A stretch of DNA of 64,000 nt, taken from positions 1-64,000 of the IMG/VR virus record IMGVR_UViG_2836880742_000002, one strand, 5' to 3'. Within the stretch, counting starts at the first letter, position 1, and each line of letters begins with the position of its first letter. Source of the stretch: a virus. Lineage: Duplodnaviria; Caudoviricetes. The notes under the pieces are model-generated. The model made no database searches. It saw only the letters and a program-made list of their open reading frames with translations, and was not told where the DNA came from. The translations under genes were made by a program, and so were the position numbers. Below are positions 49,764 to 59,395 of the stretch, in pieces.

Positions 49764-51173
49764 TTATTGTGCCCCTGTTTCAAACAAGTTGCTTATCCTG
49801 TTTTGTGATGTGGCGACTTCTTCTTTCTGTATCTGTTCCAATGTCGATTGCGCATCGTTAGAATATCCGGCCTGCCCGATGGACTCTAGTTGCGACATGA
49901 TGGGCTTGCCCCCGTTCAGCTTGAGCAAGCGGTCAGCCACCGCATCCTCGTCCTGCTGAATGAAGGGCGTGATGACGTTTTCCACTTCTACGTTGTCCAC
50001 CTCACGAGCCCATGCTTTGTTCATGTGTTTCACATACTCTTTCACCACGCTTGCTTCCCTATCGAAGAACTCGATCCAAGTGCCGCTCTCGTCGCCCACT
50101 TTCAGATGTGCGTCCGTTAGCAGCATCTGCCGGGCATCGTATCCGATGTTGCCCAAGGACATCATGTTGTCGAACGACACGTCGGGCATTTGTGCCTGCA
50201 TCCAGTAGAACTTCAGCAGGGTGTCCACGTGGTATTTCAGTGCTTCGATGGATTGCGACCAAGAGACGTATGAAACATCGCCATTGTTCTCCACACGGTA
50301 CACCCTACGGCTTTCGCCTTTCATTTCGTTTCCTTTTATTTCACCTGCGATTTTCAATACCGGTGCCGCGTTGTAGGCTATCACGTCGGAGTTGCGCGAC
50401 AGGGTGTATTCCAGTTCTTCACGGATGCGGGTCAATCCCCAGTAGATAGGAACAGGTCGGAAAGCGTATACTCCGGGAATTTTTAGCAGTTTTATTTCCT
50501 CGGAATTGGCAACCGATGTCCACCCTTCGCCCTCCTGCTTCCACTTGTAATACCGCTCGGCCGTGTAAGTCTCGAATATCGTCACTTCCTTGTCCTTGAC
50601 TTTTTTCTTATACTCAAAGGACATAGCCAGCATATCGTCTAATTCGTTGAATAACGGATAGAGTTTCACGCCATCCATCGGTGAATAGGTCTTGCACTTC
50701 AGCTTATACTGGCTAGGAAATCCGTACAACGTGTTGGGCTTCTTCACCACGTACCAGATGGTGAACACCTCGCAAGAGGCGAAATAAGCCGTGCCGCGCC
50801 GGATGTTCTCGCTATCAACGCGTGCATACTTGTAAATGGCTTCAATGGCCTTGGCTATCTGTTGCCGCGTTTCATTGCCTTCAATGTTATGGTAAATGCG
50901 CTTGACTGGGATGGCGAACATAAATTCCGTCATGCGCTTGGTGAGAAGTTTCTCCAAACCGACATAGATGCGTGCGGCTTTACCTATCAGATTGCCGTCT
51001 TTGTCGTATTTGTCCTTACGCTCCACATGGTCTGTTATAATATCATGTAAAGTGGGTTCGTAGGATTTAATCAGACAATCCCAAGATGGAACATCAACAG
51101 ACTTTTCTTTCAAATCGTTGATGATGTTATCAGCAGACCTATTGCTGTCTAATATAGCGGTGATTTCGTCCAT
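49764..51173 (-). CDS. Portal protein (SPP1-type)
   Basis: 469 aa between terminase and MuF. Confidence 0.85.
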   Translation of the reverse strand: MDEITAILDSNRSADNIINDLKEKSVDVPSWDCLIKSYEPTLHDIITDHVERKDKYDKDGNLIGKAARIYVGLEKLLTKRMTEFMFAIPVKRIYHNIEGNETRQQIAKAIEAIYKYARVDSENIRRGTAYFASCEVFTIWYVVKKPNTLYGFPSQYKLKCKTYSPMDGVKLYPLFNELDDMLAMSFEYKKKVKDKEVTIFETYTAERYYKWKQEGEGWTSVANSEEIKLLKIPGVYAFRPVPIYWGLTRIREELEYTLSRNSDVIAYNAAPVLKIAGEIKGNEMKGESRRVYRVENNGDVSYVSWSQSIEALKYHVDTLLKFYWMQAQMPDVSFDNMMSLGNIGYDARQMLLTDAHLKVGDESGTWIEFFDREASVVKEYVKHMNKAWAREVDNVEVENVITPFIQQDEDAVADRLLKLNGGKPIMSQLESIGQAGYSNDAQSTLEQIQKEEVATSQNRISNLFETGAQ

Positions 51174-51324
51174 AGACTAGTATCGTACTCCTTCATACGG
51201 TGATGGTTATAACTTCTGCAAAGTTATAAATTTCGATTGAATAACAATCGTTTTTATAAAAAAGAAAACGCAACTATCAAAGTAATTGCGTTATTATAAT
51301 ATTATAAGTTTTATCCGTCAAATT

Positions 51325-51654
51325 CTACCATAAAGCAATCTTTCCGGCATTTCCTAAATCAAGGGTTGCTGTAGTTATTCCGAGTGCTTTAAAAATTTTC
51401 CTCATAGATGTAAGGGTTATACTCTTGCCTTTTTCAAATTTTGATATTTGTGCCCTTTGCACGCCAATCTTCTCACCCAATTGCTCTTGAGTGAGTTTCT
51501 GAGCAAGACGCGCATTCCGTATAGCTTCTCCTACAAAGTAATTTTCTACTTCTTCTTTGAGCTGGGCTTCTACTGCGTCACGTTCAGGCGTACCTACCTT
51601 TCCAAATAGTTCGTCCTTGTAATCATCGAAAGAATGTAAATTCATCTGTGCCAT
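51325..51654 (-). CDS. Xre-HTH antitoxin (HigA-like)
   Basis: IRNARLAQKLTQEQLGEKIGVQRAQISKFEKG. Confidence 0.85.
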   Translation of the reverse strand: MAQMNLHSFDDYKDELFGKVGTPERDAVEAQLKEEVENYFVGEAIRNARLAQKLTQEQLGEKIGVQRAQISKFEKGKSITLTSMRKIFKALGITTATLDLGNAGKIALW

Positions 51655-51660
51655 ATTATA

Positions 51661-52008
51661 CTACTTATTTTTATCCTTCTTACTGAAATATTCCTTTCTT
51701 ATCGCTTCCGCTCTTTCTATCTCCTTATCCGGTGTCTTCTGGGTCTTTTTGATAATCCCATGCGTTGCGATTATCAAAGCATCAATGTCTGTATCCCAAA
51801 ATGTGAACAGTCGGTATTTTATCCCGTTAAACAACGTACGAAGTTCCCAGATGTTACTTCCTTCCAACTTCTTGTAAACTTCATTATCCATTACACCTTG
51901 TTCTACTTTCATGACATTGTATGCTATCTTTTTTTGAGCCTGAACTGAAAGAGATTTTAGAAAAGCATCTGCTTCATCAGTCATTATAACTTTTGGATGT
52001 TTCCTCAT
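51661..52008 (-). CDS. RelE/HigB-family toxin
   Basis: IWELRT...YRLF...THGIIKKTQKTP..EI; toxin-first order; start likely ATG 52008. Confidence 0.85.
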   Translation of the reverse strand: MRKHPKVIMTDEADAFLKSLSVQAQKKIAYNVMKVEQGVMDNEVYKKLEGSNIWELRTLFNGIKYRLFTFWDTDIDALIIATHGIIKKTQKTPDKEIERAEAIRKEYFSKKDKNK

Positions 52009-52099
52009 CGTTTTTAGTTTATAGTGCAAAGATAGTAATTTGTTTCTAAAAAGCGATACAACCGCGTCTAAAATCTATTTTTACCTTATATAGCACTGT

Positions 52100-52399
52100 T
52101 CAAAAATCACAAGCGTATGTATATTGCAGCTTCAGATTATCTAACGCTTTTTCTGTAACAAGGTACGCATATTGTCCGTCACTACCTATACGCTTGATAG
52201 AACGTGTTTCTTTAAGAACAACAGGTTTATTGAAGATAATTTCATACCTGTTCCCACAACTCATTATCAGAAAATCAACGCTACGTTTATATTTGTCCAG
52301 TTCTGTTTCTTTGTATTCGCCTTTAGAAATGAAATCAGGATTAGGTACCAAATAGCCTTCCGCTACCAATTCTCCATTTTGATTATATACTTTCATCAT
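52100..52399 (-). CDS. Hypothetical protein
   Basis: ORF with likely start MMKVYNQ. Confidence 0.55.
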   Translation of the reverse strand: MMKVYNQNGELVAEGYLVPNPDFISKGEYKETELDKYKRSVDFLIMSCGNRYEIIFNKPVVLKETRSIKRIGSDGQYAYLVTEKALDNLKLQYTYACDF

Positions 52400-52407
52400 A
52401 TAAGGTT

Positions 52408-52575
52408 TTAATAACAGATGCAAACCAAGTACCTTACCGCTTTAGACAAGCTGTAATCTGAATGATATTCAATGTATAAATGGTAATTACGTTCAATTGA
52501 CTTCTTTGCCTCAGATTTATTACAACCGATTTTAACAGCTTTTGCCAACAACTGTTCTTTAGTATAAGTTTTCAT
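52408..52575 (-). CDS. 55-aa hypothetical protein (absent from the ORF track)
   Basis: MKTYTKEQLLAKAVKIGCNKSEAKKSIERNY...; ATG aligns exactly with that of 45495 in the repeat. Confidence 0.55.
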   Translation of the reverse strand: MKTYTKEQLLAKAVKIGCNKSEAKKSIERNYHLYIEYHSDYSLSKAVRYLVCICY

Positions 52576-52730
52576 TACTCTCGACTTTTAATTGTTAGTA
52601 TTATATGTTTCTTTAATTTGATATGTAAAGTTACTCATTTTTAGCGTATTAGCCAAATATCCACATCGCTAAATTATTTATAATCAGAAGTTTAACTTTT
52701 GCTTACTATTGATGTGGACAGGCACAAAAA
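52571..52730. repeat. Dispersed promoter/leader repeat, copy 2
   Basis: Offset 7080 from copy 1 with no indels. Confidence 0.85.
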
Positions 52731-52832
52731 TGCTCCGACTTTCACAAGCCAGAGCACATAGAGCAATGAAAACTGCATACTAAAAGAAACAATAATACAG
52801 CTTTCGATACAAAGTTATAGTAAATCTTTGAA

Positions 52833-54344
52833 TTACAAGAAATCTCGAAGCAATTCTTCATCACTGATATAGTCAAAATCATGTGGATAAAATGTGTTTG
52901 CCAATGCGTCCATATAGTCAGGAGACCGCTTGATTCGTTTCTTGATTTCTTCCTTCGGTTCAATAATAATCCGACCGTCGCTTTGGAATTTCCAATGCGT
53001 TTCGGTAGCTTCTTCCATGAGCTTATCACAAGGAGGCAAAGCCGCACCAAATCCATTTTTGGGATTTAGCCAGTCACGCAATGACCAATAACAATAAGCA
53101 CGCATATTGGCAAATTCATATTGACCTGTTATATCATGCAGCCCTCTCGCTCCTTCCGAATACTTGCAAGAATAGGCATTCTTATACCCAAGTTCCTCCA
53201 AACGGGAATACACTCCTGCACCTTCGCCGATGGTATCAATGAAAGCCTTTGCGTTCTCATCTGAGAGATACGAAATGTGCATCCCTGCCACGTGCATGTG
53301 GTCAGCCTTGCCAGCCGATTGGTGAACTTCAAATTTAGGTACATAATTGCCATATCGAGGACACACCACACTATCATCACGTCCCATACCTGCAACGTCA
53401 GAGCCAAGCCTACATGATTTTGTAGGAGTAAAGTCTTCTTCCTGGAGACGATGCCAATTTTCGTTGGCTATCTCTATCCACTCGTATGGGATAAGTACGT
53501 CTTCCGACACTTTCGGGAACATGCCAAGCACTTTGACACGGAAAAGGTCGTTCGGACGATACAAACAGCCTTCCCACTTGAAATCTCCTTCCCCCGCATT
53601 GAAATCTGCTTGTTGAATGGGAGAGCACCAGTTTATTACCTTATCTTTTACCCATTCATAGTTGACTTGCCCGGGAATTATCAACTGCTTGCTGACTACG
53701 TTTTCCGCATTCAACGAGTTAAGTCTGAACTTGGCAAAGCGGTCAGACTTCATCGCACGTGCCGCATAGCCGGTAGTGATGTTGGGATTGAACACAATAA
53801 GTAGCCGGGAGTTTCCCTGCAAATTGCCTTCAATCGCATTATAGATGGTTTCGGATATACCGGACGCTTCAGTAACTACAAACATGGTGTTCACGGCATG
53901 GAATCCAGACCACGCCTCCATGTTGTCGTCACCACTCTTAAAACCCGTCAAAAACCATTCATAATAATTAGTTCGGATTCCTGAAGACAACAAACGACCG
54001 GGCAAAATACCTGCATTACGAAATAAACGGGAAACTTCCGGTATCATAATATCCTTGACCTGACGACCTGAAGGTGCAGTCATTGCAATCTTGGTATTTT
54101 TTACCAACTTACCATCTTTCCAACGAGGAGTAAGGTACATGAAACACATGGCTGCACAAGCTGCGATATAGTCCTTTCCCCTTGATGTACCACTGGCTAC
54201 AGCTGTCATAGGATTATGCTGGACAGAGTGAAGGATAGCCTGTTGTTCCTTATCCAGCCTTGCATGGAGAACGTCATGTGCGAACTTGCACCAGTCCTCC
54301 CGCCATGCCTTCATGTATCGTATGGCCTTGTCTACCTTGCTCAT
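52833..54344 (-). CDS. terL: Terminase large subunit
   Basis: SGTSRGKD Walker A, VVTEA Walker B, GSDVAGMGRD and SPDYMDAL nuclease motifs. Confidence 0.92.
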   Translation of the reverse strand: MSKVDKAIRYMKAWREDWCKFAHDVLHARLDKEQQAILHSVQHNPMTAVASGTSRGKDYIAACAAMCFMYLTPRWKDGKLVKNTKIAMTAPSGRQVKDIMIPEVSRLFRNAGILPGRLLSSGIRTNYYEWFLTGFKSGDDNMEAWSGFHAVNTMFVVTEASGISETIYNAIEGNLQGNSRLLIVFNPNITTGYAARAMKSDRFAKFRLNSLNAENVVSKQLIIPGQVNYEWVKDKVINWCSPIQQADFNAGEGDFKWEGCLYRPNDLFRVKVLGMFPKVSEDVLIPYEWIEIANENWHRLQEEDFTPTKSCRLGSDVAGMGRDDSVVCPRYGNYVPKFEVHQSAGKADHMHVAGMHISYLSDENAKAFIDTIGEGAGVYSRLEELGYKNAYSCKYSEGARGLHDITGQYEFANMRAYCYWSLRDWLNPKNGFGAALPPCDKLMEEATETHWKFQSDGRIIIEPKEEIKKRIKRSPDYMDALANTFYPHDFDYISDEELLRDFL

Positions 54345-54706
54345 TTTTCATCATCCGGCAATTCCTGCATTAGTTTTTCAAATGGATTAATCGTAATATC
54401 TTGCTCTATTTTCTCTGTATATCCACGGTCTCTCATCTTGGTCTTACTAAGCCAAATAAGCATAGTGTTATCCTGTTCTGTAATGGCCTTCGTAAACATG
54501 ACTGTTTCGAGTTTGTCTTTGAAAGATTCTTCCACTTCCTCCCATTGCTTGCGAAATTCTTCATCCTTTTCTCTCCACTTATATGCAAGAGTACGAGATA
54601 TTCCGGCAGCTTCACACGCTTTTGTTACATTCAACAGTCTTGCATCAAGCGCATTAAGAAAAATCTCTTTCTTTTTCTTTACAGGAATCCTAAATTTCTG
54701 TGCCAT
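54341..54706 (-). CDS. terS: Terminase small subunit
   Basis: HTH NVTKACEAAGISRTLAYKW; overlaps terL; start ATG 54706. Confidence 0.8.
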   Translation of the reverse strand: MAQKFRIPVKKKKEIFLNALDARLLNVTKACEAAGISRTLAYKWREKDEEFRKQWEEVEESFKDKLETVMFTKAITEQDNTMLIWLSKTKMRDRGYTEKIEQDITINPFEKLMQELPDDEK

Positions 54707-55394
54707 CTTTATTTCCCTCCAATACGTTATTAACAATTTCCAGCATCTTGCAAACACTCAATGCCTGTGCCTTGATTTTATACTTGGCTTGTACTTTAGC
54801 ACTTACTTCGTTTAATCTGCGCATTGTTTCTATGTCTAACAAAGTAAGATTTCCAAGTTCCTTTTCGGAATAGCACTCTAGCGTCTCCATGAGTTTATCA
54901 AACGACACTTTCTGGGTATCGACAAACATTAAAGTAACCGGAACAACTTCATTATTAGGCATTTCAACCGTATAGTTAATGTCCCTCACGCTTTCTAATA
55001 CTTCATTGCTGATATGGGCGTATTCCTTTAATGCCACATCTGTTATTTCATCAAGAAGTTGCTTTAAGACCTCTGCATCGTCCTGTCCGACAATACTGTT
55101 GTGGCTCAACTGTGTTGCCAACAACCAATCATTAGACGTATCAGACTCGTCAATATACATTACATGGATAGATGTCAGTCCTGCCATCTTCGCAGCCTGT
55201 GTCCTATGGTTGCCACTGACAACCGTATATGTTCCATCCTCATGCTTTACGCAGAACGGAACAGAGGATAATTGCCCATCTCTACGAATATTATTCACAA
55301 GTGCGTTAAACGTATCATTACTCATAAAATGAGCATTCTTCTTGATAAGTTTAATGTCAGAAAGCTGAACTTCTGCTATTTTGAATTTCTCCAT
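54690..55394 (-). CDS. ParB-like domain protein
   Basis: NAHFM...VVSGNHRTQAA...HNSIVGQDD. Confidence 0.85.
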   Translation of the reverse strand: MEKFKIAEVQLSDIKLIKKNAHFMSNDTFNALVNNIRRDGQLSSVPFCVKHEDGTYTVVSGNHRTQAAKMAGLTSIHVMYIDESDTSNDWLLATQLSHNSIVGQDDAEVLKQLLDEITDVALKEYAHISNEVLESVRDINYTVEMPNNEVVPVTLMFVDTQKVSFDKLMETLECYSEKELGNLTLLDIETMRRLNEVSAKVQAKYKIKAQALSVCKMLEIVNNVLEGNKDGTEI

Positions 55395-55397
55395 TGT

Positions 55398-57485
55398 TTA
55401 CTCCTTTCTCGGTTCGTTTCCGTATTTCTGTACAAATGCCTTTAAAATCTCATCTAATTTTCCACGAATGCCTGCGTCTTGGATATAGTGAAGTTTTCCC
55501 ACGCATCTTTCATGTAATTTGAAAACTCCCCGATACTTCATACTTACGGGTTTATCAGTAAACACAGACGTGGCAATAATCCCACATTCGTGTTTGTACC
55601 GAATATCCAACTCTGCTTTAAATTCCGTTGAAAGCACCCCTGTAATGAGCAATCTGCTTAACTTCTGTATCGGATGGTCTATCACAAAATCTGATTTCAT
55701 CCAAACAGCATCCATGCCATATTTGCTTACTTTCAGAAAGTCAAACATACAAGCTCCAAATACATAATCATCCAAGAACCACAGGTAACAGAACGGTGCG
55801 GATCCAAGTATAATGCCCTTCTTTAGATATATCATCCGCAAGTAGTCTATTTCCGCCATAGAAGCACGGATGAAACGTAACTTACTTTTCTCGGTAAGTA
55901 TGTAATCATCCGGCAGCCGTTTGTATTTCAACGGGATGATGGTACGCTTATTGAAACTGTTCTCGCCCGTATCTCCAACATTGGAGTAAACATAAGTACG
56001 CTGGTCTTTGAAAACCTCCCTGCGTCCCATAAAGCCGTGTTGTGATAATAGCATATAATTCACCAACCCTTCGTCTATCTCCGAATACTTGGTATGGGTA
56101 CGTTCCTGCCAACCGAAATCATCCAAAAGAAAACGCTGCAAGGCGTTGCTTGTAGCTTTCATGCCGGAATGAAACTCGTTCTGGTAAATCATGATATCGT
56201 TTTCATTGCAGTTGAGTATTGCATCCGATATATCTGCACAATACAAAACTTCAATGTTCTTCGGTTTAAGATTATCGACAAGTTTTTGATACCTCTCCGT
56301 GTATTTCTTCTTGTAGTAATCCAACCGGGCTATAAAATCATCGTATAGTGATTTATGGTAAATGTCTTGTGAGTTCTTATGTTTCTTGATAGCATTGAAC
56401 AAATGAATAGAAGCAACAATCTCTGCTGGATTGTCCGACCGGATGTCCATGAAACTATATTCCTCATTAAAACACAACTCTCTCACTTCTCCTTTGATTG
56501 CTTTGTACATGAGGTAGATAAAATACTCTTTCGTGTACACTTTTATCTCACGGTTGGTAAGCACTTGCTCTATATCCATATAGTAGGAGTTTACTATGTG
56601 GGCGATGTCGAACTTTGAAGCCTCTTTTTTTATGTAAGAAAGCATACGGTTGGTCTTCTTGAACATCTGACCAACGATTGTTACATTATCCGAATGCTCT
56701 GCTGCCCACAAAAGAGGTTTGTGCCTTTGCGGAACTTTAGAATAATCAATATGGAATGCTTCAAGGCATTTTTCAATCGTGGTAAGTTGCTTGTATTCTT
56801 CCATATCCTCATGTAAGTAAGCATATTCCACGAATGAATACATAAATTTGATTGTTTCCAGCACTTTGTCAAAATCCCATGAGCTATTGAAGATGCGGAA
56901 CTCACATGTGCCAATTTTAGAGATTGAACACAGATTGAGCCAATACCTTATATGCCCTCTGTCCGAACCGTTGCTGAACACTTTTAACAGATTGTCAACT
57001 GTGTCAACATTCAAAACTCTTTGTACTACATCCCAAGGAGGACTTGGTACAAGATACTTCGTTTCCCACCATTCGGCAATGTCAAAAATCCGTTTGATTG
57101 GATATGCGGTATAGTAAGAAAGCGCGAACATCCGTTTAATAACATCCAAATCCATATCCTTGATATACAGATGCGCATCAAACCCCTCATTCCACATGAG
57201 ATAACTCCCGGCATCTCTCATCGTTTGGATGAAATCTTTTAGTTCCTGTAAATCTTCAACGCAGTAATGATATGGCCGGGTGTTTATCTCACCACCAAAC
57301 TGACCATGATGCGTGACTGCCGAACCGTCCGAGTTATTCATCATGGTTAGCTTGTTATCCGTCCACTTGTAACCAGATGGAAGTGGTATGCGTTGTTTGT
57401 CACCATCAGCAAATTCCAATTCCATGCCAAATGTACGATTGGCGATATAGTCAATCCAGGGCTTATCTATATTCATGTTCTGCAT
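55398..57485 (-). CDS. Amidoligase (COOH-NH2 ligase) fused to a C-terminal GNAT/Mom-like domain
   Basis: RTFGMELEF, GEINT, AHLY, RYWLNL, GTCEFRIFNSS; C-terminal YLWFLDDYVFGACMF...KLSRLL...FTDKPVSMKYRG (C-terminal call is less certain). Confidence 0.65.
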   Translation of the reverse strand: MQNMNIDKPWIDYIANRTFGMELEFADGDKQRIPLPSGYKWTDNKLTMMNNSDGSAVTHHGQFGGEINTRPYHYCVEDLQELKDFIQTMRDAGSYLMWNEGFDAHLYIKDMDLDVIKRMFALSYYTAYPIKRIFDIAEWWETKYLVPSPPWDVVQRVLNVDTVDNLLKVFSNGSDRGHIRYWLNLCSISKIGTCEFRIFNSSWDFDKVLETIKFMYSFVEYAYLHEDMEEYKQLTTIEKCLEAFHIDYSKVPQRHKPLLWAAEHSDNVTIVGQMFKKTNRMLSYIKKEASKFDIAHIVNSYYMDIEQVLTNREIKVYTKEYFIYLMYKAIKGEVRELCFNEEYSFMDIRSDNPAEIVASIHLFNAIKKHKNSQDIYHKSLYDDFIARLDYYKKKYTERYQKLVDNLKPKNIEVLYCADISDAILNCNENDIMIYQNEFHSGMKATSNALQRFLLDDFGWQERTHTKYSEIDEGLVNYMLLSQHGFMGRREVFKDQRTYVYSNVGDTGENSFNKRTIIPLKYKRLPDDYILTEKSKLRFIRASMAEIDYLRMIYLKKGIILGSAPFCYLWFLDDYVFGACMFDFLKVSKYGMDAVWMKSDFVIDHPIQKLSRLLITGVLSTEFKAELDIRYKHECGIIATSVFTDKPVSMKYRGVFKLHERCVGKLHYIQDAGIRGKLDEILKAFVQKYGNEPRKE

Positions 57486-58341
57486 ATCTCAACTTGACTA
57501 ATGATTTATAACTGGGTGTAAATACAACAAAGTCTCCAATGCAATAATCTGAGCAACGACCATTGATTACGTCCATTACAGTGTATTCGCTTGAGCTATC
57601 TGAATATTGTAAACCGTTGTCAAAGCAGCAACACTCATTCATGTCAGCCATAGAATACCCACAATCAAGAAGTATCTGGCTGCGTTCCGGATAAACGCCT
57701 ACGACCTTAGTCCACAATTCAATACCGTTTACACCTAATTTGTTTTCATTGCCATTGTATGGAATTGTGCCAAATAGCATATATTCTCCAATGCGTACAT
57801 CGCTTATGAATTTAGGCAGGTTTTCATTCTGTCCTAACCAAAAGCTACCACCTAAACTGATTGATTCAATATCGCCATTCAATGTTGCCCATATTTTACA
57901 CAGTCGTTGCATATCCGGTCTGCTTCCATTCAAACAACCAGAGGTTATCATCCCGTAAGCATGGGCGTTATCATCGCAAGAACGAACCATCTTTGCAATC
58001 TGTCTTGCTTCAAACAAACTTACCCCTTCTCTATTATCAAACGCATTGATAGGAATATAGATATTCTTGATGCATCTGTCTACAACGCAATCCATTACAT
58101 CATACGTGGTAGTAACCACTGCGCCTTTTTGATTACGCCTAGCCTTTCCAATAGAGTAACACACACTATCTTCAAAGTGAAGCGAAAAAATATCATTATC
58201 AACTCTATGATGGAGATGCTTCCAAATATCCTCATAAAAATCTTTGAACATGAGCGAAACAGGAACATTTACAAGTGTTTCCGCTTTCTTGATGTTCTTA
58301 ACAATGTTGTCTGTATATATAATTACTTTCATAACTCCCAC
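57463..58341 (-). CDS. Fold-III PLP enzyme, alanine/ornithine racemase-like
   Basis: N-terminal Lys (SLMFK), NREG, SLGGS, VRIGEYMLFG, SSSEY. Confidence 0.75.
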   Translation of the reverse strand: MGVMKVIIYTDNIVKNIKKAETLVNVPVSLMFKDFYEDIWKHLHHRVDNDIFSLHFEDSVCYSIGKARRNQKGAVVTTTYDVMDCVVDRCIKNIYIPINAFDNREGVSLFEARQIAKMVRSCDDNAHAYGMITSGCLNGSRPDMQRLCKIWATLNGDIESISLGGSFWLGQNENLPKFISDVRIGEYMLFGTIPYNGNENKLGVNGIELWTKVVGVYPERSQILLDCGYSMADMNECCCFDNGLQYSDSSSEYTVMDVINGRCSDYCIGDFVVFTPSYKSLVKLRYAEHEYR

Positions 58342-59228
58342 TTCAAAATGACACGTTCAACTCCTTTGTATTTTGTAGCACGTTTAGGCGAGAAACCAGC
58401 ATTGGTGAAACTTTTAATACTTGCGTCATTCTTGGGTGAAGTCATGGCAAATATTTCTTGTACTCCATTGGAGACCAACCTTGCAATATTTGCATTAAGA
58501 AGAATATACTGAAACCCATTACCTCTGTAATCTGAACTGACAAAACATTTATCAACGTATGCTGTACCGTATTCTGTAAAATAAGCAAGTGAATAAGCTA
58601 CAAAAGAGCCGTCCAGCCATAAGCCATAACTGCAACCGGATTGCAAACATTTCGCTATATCCTGAGGTTCTGATGCAAAGCATATTTCAGGATTAGATAG
58701 TAAGGCTTGTTCCATTGTTTCAATCTCGGTCATATCAAACATAGACAGAGACTTGACTTCCATTTTACATTCAATACTTCCTCTATGGGTAGGAAATAGA
58801 GGCTCGTATCGGTCTATCCATGCTTTGGAGAGGAATGCATCAACATCTGTTTGAGACAACAATGCTTTTCTGTAATTGTCAAAAATGCCTAATACAAATT
58901 CTTTATGTTTGGTTAGTTGCTCATTCTTCAAAGGACACTTGCCACTACGGAAAACAAAACCTTTCTTTACCGACTTTACCCACAAAGGATAAGTTCTACA
59001 CATGATAGGTTTGTAACCATTGTCACATGACTTACAGTCTTTAGCGATACATTTTACCTTTTTACCGCCAAAGTAATCATTGTCTATAATTCGTAAATGA
59101 GATATTTCCTGCTCGTGCCCGTTAAATTCATAGGGCAAAATAACGATATGCCCGTCCGAACCGAACGAACAACACTTCCAGCCGCAGTCAGATTTTTCAC
59201 ATGCTCTTATTAGTCCTTTTCCGTCCAT
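58329..59228 (-). CDS. YkgJ-like Cys-cluster domain fused to GNAT acyltransferase
   Basis: CxxxxCxxxCC...KPIMCRTYP; VSSDYRGNG acyl-CoA motif and NDASIKSFTNAGF. Confidence 0.8.
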   Translation of the reverse strand: MDGKGLIRACEKSDCGWKCCSFGSDGHIVILPYEFNGHEQEISHLRIIDNDYFGGKKVKCIAKDCKSCDNGYKPIMCRTYPLWVKSVKKGFVFRSGKCPLKNEQLTKHKEFVLGIFDNYRKALLSQTDVDAFLSKAWIDRYEPLFPTHRGSIECKMEVKSLSMFDMTEIETMEQALLSNPEICFASEPQDIAKCLQSGCSYGLWLDGSFVAYSLAYFTEYGTAYVDKCFVSSDYRGNGFQYILLNANIARLVSNGVQEIFAMTSPKNDASIKSFTNAGFSPKRATKYKGVERVILKWEL

Positions 59229-59265
59229 ATTCTTGGGTTGTATATAACTTCATATACTTTATTTG

Positions 59266-59335
59266 AGCGGAAACAGGGAATCGAACCCCACTCTTTGGCT
59301 GGAATGCCAACGCTCTACCGATGAGCTATTTCCGC
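59266..59335 (-). tRNA. tRNA-Gly(UCC)-like with non-canonical 6-nt anticodon loop
   Basis: GCGGAAA/TTTCCGC-T, GCTC/GAGC, TTGGC-ATTCCA-GCCAA, TGGGG-TTCGATT-CCCTG. Confidence 0.8.
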
Positions 59336-59395
59336 ATTTGCCAATACTGCCAAACCACCGCTTGCTTGGCAAATCTGACAGCATCCCATCAAACT

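Noticed and set aside
59229-59265. HDV-like (theta) ribozyme downstream of the tRNA-like genes
   Set aside because: The 3' flanks are too short and AT-rich for the nested double pseudoknot
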